Source: Bdellovibrionota bacterium (GTDB taxonomy: Bacteria; Bdellovibrionota_C; UBA2361; CALJRW01). Taken from it: DNA of 13,112 nt. A program made the position numbers and the translations under genes. Location: the NCBI GenBank assembly GCA_041740355.1, contig JBGSMD010000004.1:1-13112 (forward strand), in the 5' to 3' direction. This document shows, piece by piece, positions 6,971-13,112 of the stretch. Below the pieces are notes generated by a model. That model made no database searches. It worked only from the letters and a program-made list of their open reading frames with translations, and was not told the origin of the DNA. Numbering within the stretch: position 1 is the stretch's first letter; each line of letters opens with the position of its first letter.

Positions 6971-7863
6971 TGAACAATAGTAAATTTGGAAAACAAGCTG
7001 GAACGTTTAGCATTGATCTGAATTCCAAAAAGCAAAAATTTATTTTGATTGGAGCTTTAATGACAACACTTCTGGTAGTTGTCGCTCTATTAGTAATCGT
7101 CCTTCAGTCCCGCACAGCTACAGCGACTAAACCTCAAGAAACAACTGAAACCGTAGCAGCTAATGTTAACAATGATACTGTAGTTTTATTTACTCCGGCT
7201 AAACCAGTAAGTGCTGGAACAAGCTTGGGAAGTGTTGAATTACGCGAATTAATGTGGCCTAAAGCAGAACTACCAGTAGGTGCCGTTGATGACTTAGCCT
7301 TACTTCATAATAAATTTGCTAAAGTCGATTTGAAATATGGTGAGCCAATTTTAGCGGCTAGTCTAACTGATACTCCCGAAGGTGCTTTAATTAAAATTAA
7401 ATCTGGAATGAGAGCAGTAACAATTGACATTTCCGCTAAGCGTGGAGTTGAGGGTTGGGCCATGCCAGGTAATAGTGTTGATGTAGTTTTAACTCACGTT
7501 GATCAAGGACAACTAACAAGTAAAGTTGTAGTTGAAAATTCTAGAATTCTTTCCACTGGTGGCGATGCTTCAACTGCTACTCAAAGATTTGCCTCTGGTC
7601 GCAACAAGATTGCAGCTAGTTCAACTGTGACTTTAGAAGTAAGTCCAACTGATGCTTTAAAAATTGAGACTGCTCAGCAGATGGGCACCTTAAGCCTGCA
7701 CATGCGTGCCGATGAAGATCATTTAACAAGTGGGATTGATAGCGTTAACCAAGCTGACTTCTCTGAACCTAAAAAGCAAGATGGACCTGATTGCAATAAA
7801 GGCAAAATGAAAATTGCTGGACAGGAATATTGGTTGGATTGTGATGGTAAGTTAGTTCAGTAG
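6970..7863 (+). CDS. cpaB: Flp pilus assembly protein CpaB/RcpC
   Basis: N-terminal TM, SAF-like domain (KPVSAGT..WP..LPVGA..AKVDLKYGEPI), GMRAVTI..GVEGWAMPGNSVDVVLT, VENSRILS, TVTLEVSP..A..GTLSLHMR. Confidence 0.92.
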   Translation: MNNSKFGKQAGTFSIDLNSKKQKFILIGALMTTLLVVVALLVIVLQSRTATATKPQETTETVAANVNNDTVVLFTPAKPVSAGTSLGSVELRELMWPKAELPVGAVDDLALLHNKFAKVDLKYGEPILAASLTDTPEGALIKIKSGMRAVTIDISAKRGVEGWAMPGNSVDVVLTHVDQGQLTSKVVVENSRILSTGGDASTATQRFASGRNKIAASSTVTLEVSPTDALKIETAQQMGTLSLHMRADEDHLTSGIDSVNQADFSEPKKQDGPDCNKGKMKIAGQEYWLDCDGKLVQ

Positions 7864-7893
7864 TCACTTAATATTAAATCTTAATTATCTTTA

Positions 7894-7945
7894 AACTTGT
7901 AACCTTTGGTTATTCTGATAATTCAGAATTAAAGCTTTGCAAGTT
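7894..7945. terminator. Extended stem-loop between convergent genes
   Basis: AACTTGTAA..ATTCTGA-taat-TCAGAAT..TTGCAAGTT; no clear U-tract. Confidence 0.4.
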
Positions 7946-7948
7946 GCC

Positions 7949-8422
7949 TTAGTTTTCTCGAGATCTTTCTTTAATTACAATTAGCGAATCTCTTAGTACT
8001 GGCAGCACCAATTTATCCTTTTCGCGATTAGCAGCTTCTTTGCTTTTAATAATGCGCTCTAATTTCAAAACTAATATTTCTTGATCTCTAATTTTTAGTT
8101 TAATTGTATTAGTAACTTCTTCTTCAAATTTATTAAGCCCGTGAAGGGTCATAACGATATCAAACAAGCCTAATCCCTTTCCTGCAAACATTGGAGGGTT
8201 TAAATTTATTGTTGGGATATAACTACCACCAAGTTTCCTGGCAACTTTTGCAATATTCGGGTCTTGAAGATTCTTAAACCAGAGATCGACATCTTGAGTT
8301 ACAACCGGTGCTCCCTGTAGAGTAGCTGCAGATAGGCCAACAATAATAAACTCAACGCCAGATTTTCTTAAATTGATCAGAAAGTTTTCTTCCTGTTCAG
8401 TAAATATTGATTTTTTGTCCAC
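7949..8422 (-). CDS. Pol-beta-superfamily nucleotidyltransferase (DUF6036-like), putative toxin
   Basis: FIIVGLSAATLQGAPVVTQDVDL (G..DxD), third Asp in FDIV, LERIIKSKEAANREKD tail; overlaps the upstream gene by 26 bp. Confidence 0.8.
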   Translation of the reverse strand: MDKKSIFTEQEENFLINLRKSGVEFIIVGLSAATLQGAPVVTQDVDLWFKNLQDPNIAKVARKLGGSYIPTINLNPPMFAGKGLGLFDIVMTLHGLNKFEEEVTNTIKLKIRDQEILVLKLERIIKSKEAANREKDKLVLPVLRDSLIVIKERSREN

Positions 8423-8765
8423 GGAGTAAAGCTCGATCTAAACGTTGTAAGGGCTCCTCACTTAGCAGTAATAAAGTGTGCCAAGCATTGTCTCGGTTTA
8501 ATTCTGGATACTTAAGACAAAGCTCTTCTAGCTTGGAATTAAGATGATAGTATTGCTCTTCTGCTTGATTCCAAAAGCTTGTAATCTGCTTAGTCTCAGT
8601 ATCTAAGCATATCGCTATTTCCAAAATAGAATTTACTAGTAATTGTTTTTTTCTGATTAAGTGATAATAGGCTGTCTTGCTAATACCAGCCTTTTTAATC
8701 AACTCATTTAATGTTATCCCCTTAGATTTACAGAGTTTTTTAATTTTTACAGAGTCAAGGTACAT
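8397..8765 (-). CDS. XRE/Cro-type HTH protein, putative antitoxin
   Basis: IKKLCKSKGITLNELIKKAGISKTAYY HTH; short C-terminal helical domain YPELNRDN..LLLLSEEPLQRL. Confidence 0.75.
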   Translation of the reverse strand: MYLDSVKIKKLCKSKGITLNELIKKAGISKTAYYHLIRKKQLLVNSILEIAICLDTETKQITSFWNQAEEQYYHLNSKLEELCLKYPELNRDNAWHTLLLLSEEPLQRLDRALLRGQKINIY

Positions 8766-8771
8766 AGCCCT

Positions 8772-8800
8772 ATGGTACTATATTTTAGTACTTTTTTCAA
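8772..8800 (-). promoter_or_regulatory. sigma70 promoter (probably leaderless transcript) with overlapping palindrome
   Basis: TTGAAA-N17-TACCAT, 6 nt before ATG 8765; GTACTA-N5-TAGTAC at 8775-8791. Confidence 0.6.
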
Positions 8801-8891
8801 TACCTAATTACTTAATTGCTATCCTTAATGATGAAGGGGAATATTCAGCCAAGGCCAACTATTTTCATGAAGCTTTTGGTATATACTGAAA

Positions 8892-9072
8892 GTAAAATTT
8901 GACTGAGACGGTACTAAAGTTTTTTAAGATAAAGAAAAAAATCTAGTTTCATATAATGGCAGTAATTTTTGATGATGTTCCTTTAGCTCTTAGAGTTCAT
9001 GATACTCAACATTCTAAAGTTGGAAAACTTTAGTGGCTAATTAGATATTCAGATTGGGGAAGAATTTTTTAG
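8892..9072 (+). pseudogene. Decayed BrnT-family toxin remnant
   Basis: Manual translation VKFD*DGTKVF*DKEKNLVSY, then a frameshift to MAVIFDDVPLALRVHDTQHSKVGKL*WLIRYSDWGRIF*; follows BrnT pattern FEWD..K...N..KH.VSF..A..VF.DP.AL...D..HS..E.R...IG.S..GRIL. Confidence 0.65.
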
Positions 9073-9114
9073 CGTTAACGAGGCATCGCCAAAGTAGCAA
9101 ATTCTTCTTAAGAA

Positions 9115-10149
9115 TTAATCCTCAATTCGAATGCTTTTCCCAACTTCAACTTTTTTACCAGACGGAGTAGTAGTTCCAGGTTTGATTGTTTCATTTTGAT
9201 CGCTCGGCTGAATTGTATTTCCCAGCCGAAATTCTTTTCCACCGATTTTAATTTTAGCTGATGGGGATTGCGGTGCTTCACCTTCTACTGGAGGAGCTTG
9301 ATTTAGATTAATTGATTTTCCTACTTTGATTTCTTTTCCATCGATTTTGATTGTTGCGCCATTAGCACCCGCGGCAACTTCCTGTCCTTTATTTTCTTGA
9401 GCGTCGGCCCTAACACTCTTACCAATCTTTACTGATTTACCATTAATCATAACAGTCTCTGATGCATCGGCGGTAATACCTTTGCTTTCACTAGGTATGG
9501 TATTTATGTTGGGATATTCTAAGTAAATATAGAATTCTTCTCCTGGAGCTAAGGATTTTAAGCTGTGATATTTCACTACAAGTTGATTGTCTTCAGTAAC
9601 GATTGAGCTTTGGGTAGAGGTTAAGTCTTTTTTGCCAGCTAGAAGAGTGTAGGCACGGTGTTTAATGAGATTCCTTTTTAAGTTTATTGGTAAAGTAACC
9701 GTTACCGAAATGTTGTTGATTGGTATTAGCCAAAATTCTGAATTTACACTGTATTCGAAGATTCTTGCGCTATCATTTATGACGACAAGCGAAGGTGTAT
9801 CCACTTCAAATTTAAGAGAGTACTTGTAGGTGCCACGCTGAAGTAACTTATCTCTATTACCAAGTATAATACTATATGTATTGCCGTGAAATCGATAGGT
9901 CTCGAAACTAACTTCCTCATTATTACTTTTAACTTCTAATATTTGAGGGTTAGGTGATTGATCATTTAACAGCTTGATAGATCTAGGAATGCCTATATAT
10001 TTTTTATTACTGGTTTGTTCTAATGTGATATTTTCACTGAATTGGATTTTTTCATTCAGAGATATTATCGATTCAAAGCTATTAATACTGTCAGCATAGG
10101 AACTAAGGGCAATAAAGAGAATGAAAGCAAGCGTAATTAATTTATACAT
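9115..10149 (-). CDS. Exported DUF2207-like protein with a C-terminal four-repeat tail and no downstream TM domain
   Basis: Signal peptide MYKLITL...SYA; INSFESII..SENIT..GIPRSI, LGNRD..GTYKYSLKF, WLIPINNISVTVTLP and LAPGE match the DUF2207 N-domain; start 10149 overlaps the flp stop by 13 bp. Confidence 0.7.
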   Translation of the reverse strand: MYKLITLAFILFIALSSYADSINSFESIISLNEKIQFSENITLEQTSNKKYIGIPRSIKLLNDQSPNPQILEVKSNNEEVSFETYRFHGNTYSIILGNRDKLLQRGTYKYSLKFEVDTPSLVVINDSARIFEYSVNSEFWLIPINNISVTVTLPINLKRNLIKHRAYTLLAGKKDLTSTQSSIVTEDNQLVVKYHSLKSLAPGEEFYIYLEYPNINTIPSESKGITADASETVMINGKSVKIGKSVRADAQENKGQEVAAGANGATIKIDGKEIKVGKSINLNQAPPVEGEAPQSPSAKIKIGGKEFRLGNTIQPSDQNETIKPGTTTPSGKKVEVGKSIRIED

Positions 10150-10415
10150 GCTTTTGATTTCGGTAGCGGGCAACCACCAGGCAGTGGTGGAAAGTGTTTA
10201 CATGCGGCATTGTCAGATTCGCTCATACAGCAATTTAATGTTGTAGACCAACTTGTATTTTCTTTCGTATATTGCTTCGTAGGTGCCATGCCTGCATTAA
10301 CATCACAGTACACCTCTCGTAAATCATATCCCAGATGTGCTACTGCAAGTGAAGCTGTAATAATTATAAGCATTAATAAAGCATATTCGATTAAGGTAGC
10401 ACCTTTATCTTTCAT
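10137..10415 (-). CDS. flp: Flp-family (Tad) prepilin with Cys-rich C-terminal extension
   Basis: MKDKG|ATLIEYAL prepilin cleavage site with E+5/Y+6, hydrophobic helix, LG..L..VY; six Cys downstream. Confidence 0.8.
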   Translation of the reverse strand: MKDKGATLIEYALLMLIIITASLAVAHLGYDLREVYCDVNAGMAPTKQYTKENTSWSTTLNCCMSESDNAACKHFPPLPGGCPLPKSKACIN

Positions 10416-10421
10416 ATACTT

Positions 10422-11312
10422 TTAATTCGAATCATTTCTTCTACGAATTCCAGCAATTGCAGCAACTCCTAAAAGAAATAAACCCGTAGAAGTTGGCTCA
10501 GGGACAGAAGGAATTCCGCTAATATCAAAAGCCGCACCAAATCCAGGCGTTGGAAATGCCTGACCTGGCAAACTGCTAAATGAAGTTACTGCATTGTTGG
10601 TGATTTGATTACTAAGAATGGTATAGTTTGTTCCGTTATTTACAGAAGATTCATTGATAATACCAATATAAATGTTATTACCAATTGCTAAACCATCCCT
10701 AAAGTCGATTAAATTTTGACCTGTCAAATATGTAGCCAAAACAAAGTTTTGATCGCCACTGGTTGATATACCGTAGTTAGTAGGAGTAGTAAAAGTTGTA
10801 GTATTGCCCACAGTAATCATTTGAGCTTGAGTGCCATTAAGATACATTAAATCTGTAAGGTTTATCGGTAGGTTAATTCCGTTTGTTCTGTTAAGAAAGT
10901 CGCTTTCACTTTTCCATACTTTAATGGCAAGATTCCAATTACTAGTATTTAATCCGAAACCAATATCATCTGCGTTTAGTCCAAAAGTAATTTGAATATC
11001 ATTATTTTGAGATAGGAGACTTGTTGTAACTGTAGTTTGAATCCCGGTGAAGTTCATTCCTGTGTTATCTTTTTGTGATTGCCCTGCAAACTGATTATTT
11101 AGTGAGGCCTGGTTAGCCCAATCAGGGGCGTATATTGTGGCAGCCTGAACTTTAGAATCAATGAACATAAGAGCTAGAGAAGCAACTCCAAAAATGGCGC
11201 TTTTAGTTGCAGAGGATTTAAGAGGAAGGCTCACATTTTGTTCGGAGTGCCTAGAAATATTCAAGTCATTTACAATATCCAGCGTTTGAGGTGTTGACAG
11301 AGCCGTATTCAT
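10422..11312 (-). CDS. PEP-CTERM sorting-domain protein
   Basis: C-terminal VPEP + TM (TSTGLFLLGVAAIAGI) + RRR; signal ending VQA; AGGA 6 nt before ATG 11312 (GTG 11315 also possible). Confidence 0.9.
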   Translation of the reverse strand: MNTALSTPQTLDIVNDLNISRHSEQNVSLPLKSSATKSAIFGVASLALMFIDSKVQAATIYAPDWANQASLNNQFAGQSQKDNTGMNFTGIQTTVTTSLLSQNNDIQITFGLNADDIGFGLNTSNWNLAIKVWKSESDFLNRTNGINLPINLTDLMYLNGTQAQMITVGNTTTFTTPTNYGISTSGDQNFVLATYLTGQNLIDFRDGLAIGNNIYIGIINESSVNNGTNYTILSNQITNNAVTSFSSLPGQAFPTPGFGAAFDISGIPSVPEPTSTGLFLLGVAAIAGIRRRNDSN

Positions 11313-11584
11313 CACAATTCCTATTTATAAATCAATCTTAATTCTTAATTACCGTTAGATACTCTTTTAATTTCATGTGTTAGTCAAGTATAACAATGTT
11401 ATTAAAAGCTCATTATATAATGTATTCTAAGTATTAAACATGGATACACGCAAAGAAATTAAATATCGAGTCTTAACCTTCTCTGCTGTAACTTTATTTA
11501 TCGAAATATTCAATATTATCAGGTTATTATTAATTATTAATTCTTGTTAACTAGCGACGGCTTTTGTTTGCAACAAATTATATC

Positions 11585-12625
11585 TTAATTAGATCGAGTT
11601 GCTTTATAATAGCAACGTGCAACCTTGCTTTCTCGATACTCTTTTATTGTACCATCGCCAATTGTTTCAAAGCACTCATCCCAATTAATTAAATCGATAG
11701 ATTTCAATATCTTATAAGCTTTACCATTATTTTCCGTTTGAAAGTTTAAGATTGCTTGCTCACTATTAACAGCTAAATTTAAAATGATGTCATTTATTGG
11801 TGGTGGTAGATCACTAGTGACAATCCCCTTAACATCAAAAGCAGCACCGTACCCTGGTACTGGAAAAGCCTGACCAGGCAAATTGCTAAATGAAGTTATT
11901 GAATTATTAATAATTCTATTGCTCAAGATAGTATAATGAGAACCATTATTGACAGAAGACTCGTTACTAATTCCAATAAAAATTTCCTGTCCGACCACTA
12001 AGTTTTTTTTGAATTCTATTAGATTTTGCCCAGATAGGAATGTTGTAAATACATAATTTTTGCACCCTTGAATTGAATTGCCATAATCAACTGGACTTGT
12101 AAAAACAATATTATTTCCATCTTGAAAAGTTTCTACAGAAGAACCATCCAGATTTTGCAAGTCAGTCAATTTCAATTCTAGAGAAAGCCCATTATTTCTT
12201 AGTAGAAAATCTTGTTCTGATTTCCAAACTTCAACGGCTAAATTCCAATTAGTCACATTTAGTCCAAATCCGATGTCCTCAGCATTAAGACCAAAAGTGA
12301 TTTGGACGCTATCGTTCAATATTTCATTTGATATTTTAGTCTTTATTCCAGTAAAGTTTAACCCAGTGTTATCTTTTTGAGATTGGCCCGAATATTGGTT
12401 CACTAAACTATTTTGATTTCCCCATAAAGGAGTTTGAATTGTCTCGATTGCTCTCAAAGTATCTGCGCCTAAACCTATGTGCAGAGCAGAAACTAAAAGT
12501 AATAATCTACTTTTTAATTGGGAATCTTTTATCGTCGGCATTTGCTTGCCGGTATAATTTAAGTCATTATAATATTGACGAGTTTCAATATGTACTTCTG
12601 ATGAAATTTCTATTGCGCCAATCAT
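11585..12625 (-). CDS. Secreted paralog of the PEP-CTERM protein with a different C-terminal domain
   Basis: ~207-aa core about 60% identical (hand count) to 10422-11312; tail LNFQT..GKAYKILKSIDLINW..GDG..YYK; start uncertain (12625 or the internal MPTIK ATG). Confidence 0.85.
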   Translation of the reverse strand: MIGAIEISSEVHIETRQYYNDLNYTGKQMPTIKDSQLKSRLLLLVSALHIGLGADTLRAIETIQTPLWGNQNSLVNQYSGQSQKDNTGLNFTGIKTKISNEILNDSVQITFGLNAEDIGFGLNVTNWNLAVEVWKSEQDFLLRNNGLSLELKLTDLQNLDGSSVETFQDGNNIVFTSPVDYGNSIQGCKNYVFTTFLSGQNLIEFKKNLVVGQEIFIGISNESSVNNGSHYTILSNRIINNSITSFSNLPGQAFPVPGYGAAFDVKGIVTSDLPPPINDIILNLAVNSEQAILNFQTENNGKAYKILKSIDLINWDECFETIGDGTIKEYRESKVARCYYKATRSN

Positions 12626-12883
12626 ATTTTTTACCAGAAGAAACTAGTGAGATCTAAATGATCTAAATTTATTTTCCAACCAGAGATTTAAGTAAGCTTT
12701 AATTCTCTTCCTAACAGTTATGCTAGTCAATAAAACATTGTTAGATAAATTATTGTTAGATTTATTCTGGGATTTTCGGGGCATTAAAGAAGGGTGCGAT
12801 CTTAGGCCAACTATTTGAATTGCTTAAGTATATTCTAAATTACTATTTATGGGCCAAGCGCCACCCCCATAAAGAATGTGCGT

Positions 12884-12907
12884 TCTATCTCTATCTCTAT
12901 CTCTATC
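12884..12907. repeat. Hexanucleotide tandem repeat (TCTATC)x4
   Basis: Read directly from the sequence. Confidence 0.85.
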
Positions 12908-12993
12908 TTGTGCCACCCAACTTTATAATAATCTGAGAACAACTTGAGCCTAAGCTTCACGATACCTCCCTAAATAAATAATAGAATATTGAT

Positions 12994-13112
12994 ATGCCCC
13001 GCCTTCGCAAGGTAATCCTAAATAATAAAACCTACTTCGTGACCCTCAGTGTGGAGGAGGGAATCTTGTTGCCTGCCAATCCATTAATTAAGTTTATCCT
13101 AAAAGCGGCACT
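12994..13112 (+). mobile_element. 5' end of a probable Y1/HUH transposase (RAYT or IS200-like), running off the window
   Basis: Open frame MPRLRKVILNNKTYFVTLSVEEGILLPANPLIKFILKAA; MPR..R...YFVT is the typical Y1_Tnp N-terminus; HUH motif not within the window. Confidence 0.55.

Noticed and set aside
8677-8889. 70-aa plus-strand ORF
   Set aside because: Antisense to the HTH gene and its promoter; no recognisable features
10210-10425. 71-aa plus-strand ORF
   Set aside because: Antisense shadow of flp
11439-11540. 33-codon ORF MDTRKEIKY...
   Set aside because: No SD, AT-rich, no motif; expected by chance
12439-12657. 72-aa plus-strand ORF
   Set aside because: Antisense shadow of the secreted paralog
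12651-12668. Tandem GATCTAAAT x2
   Set aside because: Two short AT-rich copies; no supportable function

Overview
AT-rich bacterial DNA, probably from a diderm (it encodes a lipoprotein, an O-antigen ligase-like protein, a PEP-CTERM protein and Tad parts). The left half holds a DUF6502-like HTH protein plus lipoprotein operon with a palindrome over its promoter, a DUF2079-like GT-C membrane protein, a small exported protein, an O-antigen ligase/Wzy_C-family protein and an acidic membrane-anchored helical-repeat-like protein. The right half holds a stand-alone Tad gene cpaB preceded by sigma28-like boxes and GGA-loop (CsrA-like) hairpins, and an HTH/nucleotidyltransferase toxin-antitoxin-like pair with a divergent decayed BrnT-like remnant. 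It also holds a minus-strand cluster: two paralogous secreted proteins with different C-terminal tails, a Cys-rich Flp pilin, and a DUF2207-like protein with a repeat tail. The window ends in the 5' end of a probable Y1 (RAYT/IS200-like) transposase. A family of long hairpins with conserved AATATAGT-N13-AATTTCC arms lies in intergenic gaps. All family names come from motif recognition by eye; no database was searched.
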